DNA from: Escherichia phage BF17
DNA length: 64,000 nucleotides
Reading direction: 5' to 3' (one strand)
Sequence record: MW822008.1
Made by a program: the position numbers and the translations under genes. Shown piece after piece: positions 14,538-22,196 of the stretch. The notes under the pieces were generated by a model, which did no database searches, was not told where the DNA came from, and was given only the letters and a program-made list of their open reading frames with translations. Position 1 is the stretch's first letter; each line of letters starts with the position of its first letter.

Positions 14538-14720
14538 ATGGCTAAATGCACTATCTGCAAGAAAGAAATAGTATTAGTTCCAAGTGCCCGTGAACGTGCC
14601 GCTCGGTTCGGTGGCAAAGCGTCAGACTATACAAAAATGTTTACTACCCATGCAGCTTGCCAGGTAGCAAAACGTTCACAAGAAAGCGTAGAATTAATGC
14701 GTAAACTTTCCAAAAAATAA
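14538..14720 (+). CDS. small Cys-containing basic protein (60 aa; CTIC...ACQ)
   Basis: ORF track; RBS AGAGAGAGAAA. Confidence 0.7.
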   Translation: MAKCTICKKEIVLVPSARERAARFGGKASDYTKMFTTHAACQVAKRSQESVELMRKLSKK

Positions 14721-14723
14721 GTA

Positions 14724-14751
14724 TTGACAAAGTATCTTAGTACTGTATAAT
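14724..14751 (+). promoter_or_regulatory. sigma70 promoter with 5' stem-loop
   Basis: TTGACA 14724-14729, TATAAT 14746-14751. Confidence 0.7.
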
Positions 14752-14808
14752 AGTTTACATCAAGTGAGGGGAAACGGTTCCCCTCCTAACAAAGAGAGAG
14801 AAATAAAA

Positions 14809-15132
14809 ATGGCTATGATCCTTGCCCAGAAAGTAGAACTGAAAATTGTAACCTCCTTTGACATTAAAGTTAATCGGTGGACTGATTCACACGGCAATAC
14901 TTACCACTCTTGCTACGTGTCCGCGTTAATTGGCGACCGCTGGGAAGACTTGGGACATGAAACCTTTACTTACGGTTACGGTACACAAGGAGAATACACG
15001 GGCTTGGAGATCATTAAAGAAACCGTTATAGGTTTCAACCCGAAAGAAAAAGTTATTCACCGCATCGAAAAAGAGATTAACAAAGAAATAACAGTTCGCT
15101 ACTACGATGTAAAACGTAAGAAAGACATGTAA
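14809..15132 (+). CDS. hypothetical protein (107 aa); paralog of 8391..8714
   Basis: ATG 14809; track start 14764 lies in leader. Confidence 0.75.
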   Translation: MAMILAQKVELKIVTSFDIKVNRWTDSHGNTYHSCYVSALIGDRWEDLGHETFTYGYGTQGEYTGLEIIKETVIGFNPKEKVIHRIEKEINKEITVRYYDVKRKKDM

Positions 15133-15146
15133 TAGAATCCATTTAA

Positions 15147-15183
15147 AGTACTATTTGACATTGCCCAGATAGTACTTTATAAT
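15147..15183 (+). promoter_or_regulatory. Promoter TTGACA-17-TATAAT enclosed by palindrome AAGTACTAT...ATAGTACTT
   Basis: TTGACA 15155-15160, TATAAT 15178-15183; same architecture as 2783-2819. Confidence 0.65.
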
Positions 15184-15227
15184 AGACTCTAACTTGTAGT
15201 ACTAACTCAACTAATAGGATGTATACC

Positions 15228-15623
15228 ATGATTACTAAATTCTACGCTACCCGTGAAGCTGCCCGTATTGTTGCACGCGAGGAAGGAGCAGCATTTAAAG
15301 ACATGGGCAAAGATGCACCGAAAGGTCAACGCTGGGCCGTACAGTTCAAAGAAATCTCTGATATTGTGAATTCACCTGAGCCAGTACTAACAGCAGCAGA
15401 ACTAAAACGAGCGGATTTACTGGCGGCAGTACTTAACGCACAAGATGAATTTATCGCTGATTCTGATATCAAAGTACAGACAAACCATACCGCTTGGACT
15501 CACGCGGATCACCTGGCAAACCTTAAGCGTCCAAGTGAACTGGTTCGCAACCAGAAAGAGATCCGACACGACCGTAAGGGTAATCGTGTAACAGTATACA
15601 GTAAACGCCGCCAGGTTATCTAA
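15228..15623 (+). CDS. hypothetical protein (131 aa); paralog of 2856..3122
   Basis: ATG 15228 with RBS AGGA 15215-15218. Confidence 0.75.
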   Translation: MITKFYATREAARIVAREEGAAFKDMGKDAPKGQRWAVQFKEISDIVNSPEPVLTAAELKRADLLAAVLNAQDEFIADSDIKVQTNHTAWTHADHLANLKRPSELVRNQKEIRHDRKGNRVTVYSKRRQVI

Positions 15624-15643
15624 TAACTTGCAGTACTAACAAC

Positions 15644-15671
15644 ACGGCGGGATCAGTTCCCGCCTTTTTTA
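15644..15671 (+). terminator. Rho-independent terminator
   Basis: hairpin GGCGGGatcagttCCCGCC then TTTTTT. Confidence 0.75.
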
Positions 15672-15685
15672 TAGGATAAACTAAA

Positions 15686-15940
15686 ATGATTAAGGTACAA
15701 CTATCTAAAGATAATATCTTGCGGGTACACTATAAAGCACCACAGAGAATCATCACAAAGGCCGTACAGCTTGCTAATGAGTTTATTAATGGTAACCTAT
15801 TACCAAGGAAGTTAAGCAACGGAAAACTGCGTGTAATCGATGTAGACACTAACAACAGAATAGTAATTGAGAACACAGGAAAGATAAACCTATATGAACA
15901 CCAACAATATAATAAGAAAATAAAACTAATATCACGTTGA
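15686..15940 (+). CDS. hypothetical basic protein (84 aa)
   Basis: ORF track; RBS AGGA. Confidence 0.65.
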   Translation: MIKVQLSKDNILRVHYKAPQRIITKAVQLANEFINGNLLPRKLSNGKLRVIDVDTNNRIVIENTGKINLYEHQQYNKKIKLISR

Positions 15941-15965
15941 CAGTACTCAATTGTTTTAGTATTAT
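15937..15965 (+). promoter_or_regulatory. sigma70 promoter (TTGACA-17-TATTAT); duplicated cassette with 16213-16241
   Basis: TTGACA 15937-15942, TATTAT 15960-15965; leader TACACATACCAACACGGG shared. Confidence 0.6.
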
Positions 15966-15993
15966 GTACACATACCAACACGGGAGAAACAAA

Positions 15994-16212
15994 ATGAAAT
16001 TATCTAAAATCGAAAAGAAAACTATTGATGAAGCAGTTAAGCACGGTTATACCTTTCGTAATGATTCACATTTTACCAATTTTCAACAAGGCCAAAGGAC
16101 TATTAAAAAACTAATTGACAAAGGTTTATTAGTTAAAGTAGATAACGGTAACGGCATTGAGTATCAGCCAACCCAAGACGCATTATCTTTAAAGAAATAT
16201 GCAATTATCTAA
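15994..16212 (+). CDS. hypothetical protein (72 aa)
   Basis: ATG 15994; track start 15937 is the TTG of the -35. Confidence 0.7.
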   Translation: MKLSKIEKKTIDEAVKHGYTFRNDSHFTNFQQGQRTIKKLIDKGLLVKVDNGNGIEYQPTQDALSLKKYAII

Positions 16213-16241
16213 TTGACAGTACTCAAATGTTTTAGTACTAT
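16213..16241 (+). promoter_or_regulatory. sigma70 promoter (TTGACA-17-TACTAT)
   Basis: TTGACA 16213-16218, TACTAT 16236-16241. Confidence 0.6.
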
Positions 16242-16269
16242 ATGTACATACCAACACGGGGAAAACAAA

Positions 16270-16512
16270 ATGATTACTTTAGAAAAACGTATCAAAGAAA
16301 CTACATCGCTGGTGGAACTGTTAACAGTACTGAAATGCCGTACTACTCGGTTTAGTACACCGGACTTTATTAATATGGTTGATGTTAACGGTCGTTATCG
16401 CATTGCAGTAGAACATGGAACAGCGAAAGTATTCAGTACTAAAAACACTAAGGAAGTGATTCACGCGGTTAGTGTGAAAAAAGTGGTTGCCATTGATAGT
16501 AAAGTACTGTAA
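16270..16512 (+). CDS. hypothetical protein (80 aa)
   Basis: ATG 16270, RBS GGGGAAAA. Confidence 0.7.
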   Translation: MITLEKRIKETTSLVELLTVLKCRTTRFSTPDFINMVDVNGRYRIAVEHGTAKVFSTKNTKEVIHAVSVKKVVAIDSKVL

Positions 16513-16543
16513 GATAGTTTCATTAACTCAAGGAGAACATGCA

Positions 16544-17128
16544 ATGCGTAATTATACTAAATTCATCCGTACCCTGTCAGAAATGGAAACCAACAAAGAG
16601 ATCCTTTCAGCTTGTCGGTTAGCTGGTCTGGAGATCATCGGTGCGGGTTCTTCCCGTATTGTATTCGCTTTAAATGATCGGTTAGTGATTAAGGTCGCCA
16701 ATTGTGATGCGGGTGTAGAACAAAATGAAACTGAATGTAAGGTATGGAATTTTTTAGACTATGACCGCCCTCAATTGAAACAGTACTTTGCAAAGGTGCA
16801 TATGCATTTATGCGATCCTGATAATATGTTTATCGTTATGGATCGGTTGAGTACTGCAAGCAAAGGCAGTGTAAAGCACGTTAACGCGTGCAACGAATTA
16901 AAGTACAATATTAAACGTAATGCCATTGAACGCCAGCACCGCTTTGCTGATGCACTACAACACGTCGATGATACATTATCAACACTAACGATAAGAGATA
17001 TCAGAAAACAGAATATCGGCCAGGATCGTAATGGACTTATTAAAGTACTTGATTACGGTTTAACCCGCAATATCTGGAATCAGTACTATAAAAAGCGTGA
17101 TGTGGCAGCAAGTAAAGTAACACGATAA
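16544..17128 (+). CDS. putative small atypical protein kinase (194 aa) with Hanks-like catalytic motifs
   Basis: IIGAGSSRIVF (Gly-rich loop), VIKV (Lys), IRDIRKQNIG (cf. HRDxKxxN), VLDYGL (cf. DFG); ATG 16544 with RBS AAGGAG. Confidence 0.55.
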   Translation: MRNYTKFIRTLSEMETNKEILSACRLAGLEIIGAGSSRIVFALNDRLVIKVANCDAGVEQNETECKVWNFLDYDRPQLKQYFAKVHMHLCDPDNMFIVMDRLSTASKGSVKHVNACNELKYNIKRNAIERQHRFADALQHVDDTLSTLTIRDIRKQNIGQDRNGLIKVLDYGLTRNIWNQYYKKRDVAASKVTR

Positions 17129-17141
17129 AAAAGATTAAAAA

Positions 17142-17225
17142 AGGGATTGATTTCGGTCAGTCCCTTTGCTATTATATATTCATTGAGAGATAGCTCACTG
17201 ACCCACAGGGTGCATAAATGTATCT
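17142..17225 (+). promoter_or_regulatory. Composite module: terminator-like hairpin overlapping promoter plus conserved element ACCCACAGGGTGCATAAATGTATC
   Basis: hairpin GGGATTGAtttcgGTCAGTCCC 17143-17165; element 17201-17225. Confidence 0.55.
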
Positions 17226-17268
17226 ATTATATAAGTATTCAGTACTGAAAACTATTTTTAAAAAGTAC

Positions 17269-17296
17269 TTGCATTGTACTTAGAATCAAGTATAAT
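17269..17296 (+). promoter_or_regulatory. sigma70 promoter with 5' stem-loop
   Basis: TTGCAT 17269-17274, TATAAT 17291-17296. Confidence 0.7.
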
Positions 17297-17351
17297 GTTT
17301 TATATCGAGAGGGGGGGAACGGTTCTCCCTCAAAGAATAAGGAATAAAATC

Positions 17352-17573
17352 ATGACTACAATGACTTGCATTTACGCTTCCAATCTTCTGAATGATGCGG
17401 CCTTTAATGTTGATTCAGAATATCAATGTTATCGGGATGAAAATAAAAAAGTTTTTGTAGTTGATAATAATGGTTTCCATATTGAAATACAATCCGGCTT
17501 CACTGGTGTTGATGGTAAATCAGTATGGGGCGTACAGGATGATAACGGTACATATCATTTTAAACGTAATTAA
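17352..17573 (+). CDS. hypothetical protein (73 aa)
   Basis: ATG 17352, RBS AAGGAA. Confidence 0.75.
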   Translation: MTTMTCIYASNLLNDAAFNVDSEYQCYRDENKKVFVVDNNGFHIEIQSGFTGVDGKSVWGVQDDNGTYHFKRN

Positions 17574-17576
17574 GTA

Positions 17577-17604
17577 TTGACAAAGTATCTTAGTACTGTA
17601 TAAT
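17577..17604 (+). promoter_or_regulatory. sigma70 promoter with 5' stem-loop
   Basis: TTGACA 17577-17582, TATAAT 17599-17604. Confidence 0.7.
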
Positions 17605-17657
17605 AGTTTACATCAAGGGGAGAATAGTTCTCCCCGATACTAAAAGGAAACAAAATT

Positions 17658-17930
17658 ATGTCCAGCTACTCCGCTACTATGATCATTAAAGATATGAACG
17701 GTAATCCTACTTCCGCTGGTGGATCATTTGGAAACATTAATTTAGATGGTCGGTTATCCATGCAATCAGCCATCGATGCAGCGAAAGAAGTTTTTAAGAA
17801 TGAATGCACTGTAAGCAAGCTGGATTATATGGGATTCGCTATCGAGAAAACTAATCGTTTTGTGAACTACAAAAATCCACTGATGATTGATACTAACCTG
17901 AAAGCTAACGAAGTGGAATACTTATTATGA
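17658..17930 (+). CDS. hypothetical protein (90 aa)
   Basis: ORF track; RBS AAGGAAA. Confidence 0.75.
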   Translation: MSSYSATMIIKDMNGNPTSAGGSFGNINLDGRLSMQSAIDAAKEVFKNECTVSKLDYMGFAIEKTNRFVNYKNPLMIDTNLKANEVEYLL

Positions 17931-18118
17931 CAGTTGAAGAAGTTAAAAAAGTACTGGCAGTACTACGCTATCATAATCATTGCAAGGTGAAGAATGATCC
18001 TGATTATGTTGATTCATCCCTGGAGGAAGACACATTAAACGCAATAAGCCATATGCAAACATTAGCAAAGCGTATGACCGAAAAGAATAGACCGGACTAT
18101 ATCGGAAATAAAATTTAA
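17927..18118 (+). CDS. hypothetical protein (63 aa)
   Basis: ATGA start/stop overlap with 17658 gene. Confidence 0.6.
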   Translation: MTVEEVKKVLAVLRYHNHCKVKNDPDYVDSSLEEDTLNAISHMQTLAKRMTEKNRPDYIGNKI

Positions 18119-18125
18119 AAAGTAC

Positions 18126-18153
18126 TTGCATTGTAGTTAGATTAACGTATAAT
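18126..18153 (+). promoter_or_regulatory. sigma70 promoter with 5' stem-loop
   Basis: TTGCAT 18126-18131, TATAAT 18148-18153, hairpin GCGGGGGAAtagtTCTCCCGCC. Confidence 0.7.
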
Positions 18154-18204
18154 GTTTTACATAGAGCGGGGGAATAGTTCTCCCGCCAGTCCAGGAGATA
18201 CACC

Positions 18205-18468
18205 ATGAACACTATCGAAATCACTATCAATGCACACGTATACGACAACGTAGTACTGCAAACTACTATGACCGCTAACGATACCAGTACTTTGCGGAAT
18301 ACTGTTATTAGTGCCGTATGTGCCGCTATCGGTGATGTCGCCCTGGAAAATGCAAAACACGTAAACGATGGTTTCACTATGTGCAAACGTGATAACGCAA
18401 AACATATCATCGTGGAAGGTTACGGCGGTGTAGAATTTAATGTTTATATGAAAAAAGTACTTGCATAA
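18205..18468 (+). CDS. hypothetical protein (87 aa)
   Basis: ORF track; RBS CAGGAG; 3' end overlaps next promoter -35. Confidence 0.7.
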   Translation: MNTIEITINAHVYDNVVLQTTMTANDTSTLRNTVISAVCAAIGDVALENAKHVNDGFTMCKRDNAKHIIVEGYGGVEFNVYMKKVLA

Positions 18469-18488
18469 TAACTAAAACAAAGTATAAT
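18461..18488 (+). promoter_or_regulatory. sigma70 promoter with 5' stem-loop
   Basis: TTGCAT 18461-18466, TATAAT 18483-18488. Confidence 0.7.
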
Positions 18489-18535
18489 GTTTTGCATAGG
18501 GGGAGATGTCCTCCCCCACTAAAAGGAGTAATAAA

Positions 18536-18760
18536 ATGGCTAACTTTGATGAACTGATGCGGGAAGTAGCTAACCTGGCAGAAGAGAAAAAATCATTCGA
18601 TTCTATCTATAACACCTCTTACCGTGATTCAGTACTGGCATGTAACCAGGATCAAAAAGATGAACTAATCGCCACCTATCATGAAGCATGGAAGTACTAC
18701 CGACAATGGGAGAAAGAAGAAAGAGAGTCTACCATTGACGGCCTCAATAATCTAATCTAA
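18536..18760 (+). CDS. hypothetical protein (75 aa)
   Basis: ATG 18536, RBS AAAGGAG. Confidence 0.75.
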   Translation: MANFDELMREVANLAEEKKSFDSIYNTSYRDSVLACNQDQKDELIATYHEAWKYYRQWEKEERESTIDGLNNLI

Positions 18761-18773
18761 AAGTTTTATTTCA

Positions 18774-18808
18774 GTACTATTGACATAGCTTGATAGTACT
18801 GATGTAAT
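18774..18808 (+). promoter_or_regulatory. Palindromic promoter cassette (copy 5, diverged -10)
   Basis: AGTACTAT-TGACATAGCTTG-ATAGTACT; TTGACA 18780-18785. Confidence 0.6.
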
Positions 18809-18836
18809 AACTTTACTAACTACAAGGGGAAACATC

Positions 18837-19094
18837 ATGGAACAATTCACACAATATCGGGTAAATCCTCAAGCTATGGCCTACGTAGAAGACCATAAAA
18901 CGTTACCAGTACTGCAACCAGTTAAAGGCCATATCTATCGTGCAATGTCGTGGAGTACGGCCCAGGATGGCTATAAAACCGTAGCCGTTGGTATGTACTG
19001 CGGTAATGGTGAATGGTTTGATCCAAATAATCCGGTAGCCATTGACAGTACTGAAAAAATGAAATGGGCCGACTACATCGAAGATATTTCATAA
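18837..19094 (+). CDS. hypothetical protein (85 aa)
   Basis: ORF track; RBS AAGGGGAAA. Confidence 0.7.
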   Translation: MEQFTQYRVNPQAMAYVEDHKTLPVLQPVKGHIYRAMSWSTAQDGYKTVAVGMYCGNGEWFDPNNPVAIDSTEKMKWADYIEDIS

Positions 19095-19107
19095 AAAGAA
19101 TAAAAAA

Positions 19108-19187
19108 AAGGAGTTGACTTCGGTCCGCTCCTTTAGTACTATATACGCATAGAAACAAATCAGCCCACAGGGTGCATAAGTGTATCC
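19108..19187 (+). promoter_or_regulatory. Composite module: terminator-like hairpin overlapping promoter plus conserved element AGCCCACAGGGTGCATAAGTGTATC
   Basis: hairpin about 19109-19133; element 19162-19187; Chi GCTGGTGG 19222-19229 downstream. Confidence 0.55.
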
Positions 19188-19254
19188 AAAATATATAGTT
19201 AATAACGGTGAGTAACTATCTGCTGGTGGAACTAAAACTATTAATAAAAAAGTA

Positions 19255-19283
19255 TTGACAAAGTATATCAGTACTGCAATAAT
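19255..19283 (+). promoter_or_regulatory. sigma70-like promoter (TTGACA-17-AATAAT)
   Basis: TTGACA 19255-19260; GC-rich leader hairpin. Confidence 0.55.
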
Positions 19284-19336
19284 GTATCTCGTAGGGCGGC
19301 AATGGTGCGACGGCCCACAAAGTTAGGAGATTCAAA

Positions 19337-19669
19337 ATGAGTACTTCAATCGCTATCGTTAAAGCTTTCATCCGTACCAATGTTTCATCTGTATTCATCG
19401 ACGGTCTGGATCGGGAAGTAGAATACTCAATCATTATCGCACAGACTGCAAACGGTGCTCGGTATATCCTTAATGATAGTGAAGCAAATCACTACTACTT
19501 CACTAAAGCTACTGGCTTTAAACGCATCGATGCTGATGTAGTATACGCTAAGATGAATAAGCTGGTAGACAAGATTAACGCTAAAGGTACTATAGATTTA
19601 CAGTACTGGACCGAAACCGATCCAGAATATGGATCTCACCGCTACCTGAATCCAGGTATTAAAATGTAA
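19337..19669 (+). CDS. hypothetical protein (110 aa)
   Basis: ORF track; RBS AGGAG. Confidence 0.75.
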   Translation: MSTSIAIVKAFIRTNVSSVFIDGLDREVEYSIIIAQTANGARYILNDSEANHYYFTKATGFKRIDADVVYAKMNKLVDKINAKGTIDLQYWTETDPEYGSHRYLNPGIKM

Positions 19670-19676
19670 AAAGTAC

Positions 19677-19704
19677 TTGCATAGTACTTAGAATCAAGTA
19701 TAAT
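19677..19704 (+). promoter_or_regulatory. sigma70 promoter with 5' stem-loop
   Basis: TTGCAT 19677-19682, TATAAT 19699-19704, hairpin GGGGGAAatggTTCTCCCTCC. Confidence 0.7.
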
Positions 19705-19758
19705 GTTTTACATAGAGAGGGGGAAATGGTTCTCCCTCCTAAATTAAGGAGTTTTATC

Positions 19759-20160
19759 ATGACCTTCTCAATCAATTCCTTCGCTGACGTTTTAGTACTG
19801 GCTCGGACTTTCGGTAAAGATGCACTGGAGTACGCTGTAAGTAATGGCACTATCCAACCGGAACAGTGCCGCATCATTGGAAACTGCAAACGTTGGGCGG
19901 TATCCAATACTATTGCACTGGAAAACTTCCACGATGGCAACAATGAATATTCTGTTGATGTAGTATTCGAAGCCGTTGATCTCGGCGGTATCTATAATAC
20001 TAACCTGAATGATGTGCGTATCGTTCGCACGGGGTTCGGTGCTTATGATGTATCTATCCGTGAAGCTATGGACAACGGATACATTAGCAAGGACTTACTT
20101 GCTCACATCATGCAGCTGTGTACGGAACGTAACGAAGCACGCACTATCTTAGGACTGTAA
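19759..20160 (+). CDS. hypothetical protein (133 aa)
   Basis: ATG 19759, RBS AAGGAG. Confidence 0.75.
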   Translation: MTFSINSFADVLVLARTFGKDALEYAVSNGTIQPEQCRIIGNCKRWAVSNTIALENFHDGNNEYSVDVVFEAVDLGGIYNTNLNDVRIVRTGFGAYDVSIREAMDNGYISKDLLAHIMQLCTERNEARTILGL

Positions 20161-20228
20161 GCGTTACACATCACCAAACATCATAGGCCGCCTTGTAGCG
20201 GCCTTAACTATATCAGGAGTACATACAT

Positions 20229-20438
20229 ATGTTCTATACAGTATACAGCGTTCTAGGTACTATTGCAGGCGTACATGATAACGTCAATGATGCTATGCGT
20301 ACAGTACTGCAACAGGTTCCACTAAAGCCTAAGACCATTAAGCAGATGACAGCACGACTAACCAGGGCGACCGATGGCGTGGAAGTATGGCAGGACTACG
20401 GGGATACACAGATAATCGTTAGCGTAACGAAGGATTAA
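20229..20438 (+). CDS. hypothetical protein (69 aa)
   Basis: ORF track; RBS CAGGAG; GC-rich hairpin upstream. Confidence 0.65.
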   Translation: MFYTVYSVLGTIAGVHDNVNDAMRTVLQQVPLKPKTIKQMTARLTRATDGVEVWQDYGDTQIIVSVTKD

Positions 20439-20439
20439 T

Positions 20440-20720
20440 GCGTAAAGGGATCTAGTACTGATTCAGAAAAAAGTCAAGGCGTTTTTAAAATTATGCGTTA
20501 AAAAAATGCATAGGTAATCCCTTGACTTTTTTGAAATAAAAGGGATTGGACTATGGCAAAATGCGTAGGGGGCTAAAGGGCGGGTAACCTTTAGCGACTT
20601 CGAAAAAAGGAGTGATAGGGGCTTGACTTTTTATATAATTCTGATAATATATAGTCTATATTATATTTCATTCATATTTTATATGTTAGTTACATTAACT
20701 CAACTTTAGAGGTCACCGAA
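20440..20720. other. Intergenic boundary between moderate-GC early module and AT-rich paralog-array module
   Basis: three YTTGACTTTTT copies in alternating orientation; GC-rich GGGGGCTAAAGGGCGGG; promoter/RBS style changes after this point. Confidence 0.5.
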
Positions 20721-20722
20721 CT

Positions 20723-21088
20723 ATGAATCCATCATCTAATAAATGTGGTACTTCCTTTAATGTAGAATGGTTGTTTTTTAAACCTACATCTACTATAAAA
20801 TCATTCATTGCTGATATCACTGAAGCACCTGACACCCTTGTATCAGTTGTTAGCAACAATAACGAAATGGTATTTTCTATTGATGAAAATCAATATGCAG
20901 ATATCTATTCATTGATTCGTATAAAAAACTTAGTTGTACTGTCCGAGAAAGCGTTCGCAAAAGAAGCGAAGAAATGGGATTTTAAACTTCCTATTGAATT
21001 GGTACGTGAAATACAAAAATTGGGATGTACTACTATTGAGAATTGTAAAGACTCACGTGCTACTGGGAATATTTCATTTGAAGTATAA
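20723..21088 (+). CDS. hypothetical protein (121 aa), first gene of AT-rich module
   Basis: ORF track; RBS AGAGG. Confidence 0.65.
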   Translation: MNPSSNKCGTSFNVEWLFFKPTSTIKSFIADITEAPDTLVSVVSNNNEMVFSIDENQYADIYSLIRIKNLVVLSEKAFAKEAKKWDFKLPIELVREIQKLGCTTIENCKDSRATGNISFEV

Positions 21089-21111
21089 TGCATTTATATG
21101 AACAAAACATC

Positions 21112-21140
21112 TTGACATCATGCCTCACATGGGGTATGAT
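21112..21140 (+). promoter_or_regulatory. sigma70-like promoter (TTGACA-17-TATGAT) at head of family A array
   Basis: TTGACA 21112-21117, TATGAT 21135-21140. Confidence 0.6.
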
Positions 21141-21174
21141 GTTTTTTCACATATGAACCTATGGATTTTATCCT

Positions 21175-21372
21175 ATGCGTATTTTAACTAAAGAACAGCA
21201 CCACGAAAGACTTATCAATAACATGGCTATGATAATGTATAAGTCCCATGACCGTGGTATTGCCTATAAGCGTGAATTAATTATGGCACTATTCATTGGA
21301 ACTAACTTTCAGGAAAGGTATGTCAACGATTGGATTTGGTATTTAATTGAAGATATAACGAGTAAACTATGA
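21175..21372 (+). CDS. family A paralog (motif FIGTNFQE)
   Basis: ORF track; about 65 aa; conserved LGTNYQE-type core. Confidence 0.65.
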   Translation: MRILTKEQHHERLINNMAMIMYKSHDRGIAYKRELIMALFIGTNFQERYVNDWIWYLIEDITSKL

Positions 21373-21569
21373 AAATGCGTATTTTAAATAAAGAAGAATA
21401 TCAATCACTGTTACGTAAAAACTTCACAAAGATTTATAATACAGACACACACGTAGAACGAATGGAGTTATACCTTTTGATTACTTTGGGAACTAACTAT
21501 CAGGAAAGATGGGTGATTCAATATATGGATACATTGAAAAATAAAATATTGTCCACGAGGAAACAATGA
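21369..21569 (+). CDS. family A paralog (TLGTNYQE)
   Basis: ATGA overlap with upstream gene. Confidence 0.65.
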   Translation: MKMRILNKEEYQSLLRKNFTKIYNTDTHVERMELYLLITLGTNYQERWVIQYMDTLKNKILSTRKQ

Positions 21570-21775
21570 AAACTATAACACGAACCCAATCATACGGTCT
21601 TATCTTGAAATACATGGACTTAATGGTGGATATCAGCAAAGACCTTCCTAAAACTGAAATTGAAGTTGCAAGAGCAGAGATCCGCATGTTGGCTGTACTG
21701 AACACAAACCATCAGGAAGATTATGTTGAAGAATGGATTCGATTTTTAATAGAAGATATAAAGAGTAAATTATGA
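21566..21775 (+). CDS. family A paralog (VLNTNHQE)
   Basis: ATGA overlap. Confidence 0.65.
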   Translation: MKTITRTQSYGLILKYMDLMVDISKDLPKTEIEVARAEIRMLAVLNTNHQEDYVEEWIRFLIEDIKSKL

Positions 21776-21987
21776 TTATTATAGAAAACTCATATCAATA
21801 TACTGAACGCATCGCTGCCAGACAACTTGAAATCCTCATAATATACGAAGAGACTTCTGATTTAAACTTAGCCGAGGTATTGGAAAATGATATACTATTG
21901 GGTGCATTCTTAGGAACAGACTATCAGAAGTATTATGAGGAAAAGTATTTGTCATCTCTTGAGAAATATATCAGGAGCAAATTATGA
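21772..21987 (+). CDS. family A paralog (FLGTDYQK)
   Basis: ATGA overlap. Confidence 0.65.
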   Translation: MIIIENSYQYTERIAARQLEILIIYEETSDLNLAEVLENDILLGAFLGTDYQKYYEEKYLSSLEKYIRSKL

Positions 21988-22196
21988 TTTTTTTAACACC
22001 AGAAGAATATAAGAAACGTTTCAATTCCGCACAGGGTGAAATCTTACTTATATACCTTTCAAATGCAGACCTTAACTTATCAAGGGTATTAGAAAAAGAT
22101 TTACTTATGGGTGCATTCCTTGATACAGACTTTCAGGTGTATTATGTAGGGGAATACTTAATTGCACTCCAGAAATACATTAAGAGCAAACTATGA
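21984..22196 (+). CDS. family A paralog (FLDTDFQV)
   Basis: ATGA overlap. Confidence 0.65.
   Translation: MIFLTPEEYKKRFNSAQGEILLIYLSNADLNLSRVLEKDLLMGAFLDTDFQVYYVGEYLIALQKYIKSKL

Noticed and set aside
1700-19726. ORF-track start codons at the N-termini MFYIE..., MVLPG..., MTVLNCF... (e.g. 1700, 2820, 5184, 7495, 10411, 15937, 16213, 17274, 19726)
   Set aside because: These starts fall inside the promoter -10 (TATAATG) or the 5' stem-loop; the true starts are the internal ATGs preceded by an RBS, as annotated.
1884-19943. Minus-strand ORFs in the early module (1884..2192, 2825..3076, 5096..5281, 6983..7270, 7477..7713, 8122..8361, 9762..10104, 11986..12204, 12823..13233, 15730..15981, 17943..18410, 18922..19158, 19216..19434, 19659..19943)
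   Set aside because: Each is antisense to a well-supported + strand gene or promoter, has no RBS, and all promoters and terminators read rightwards.
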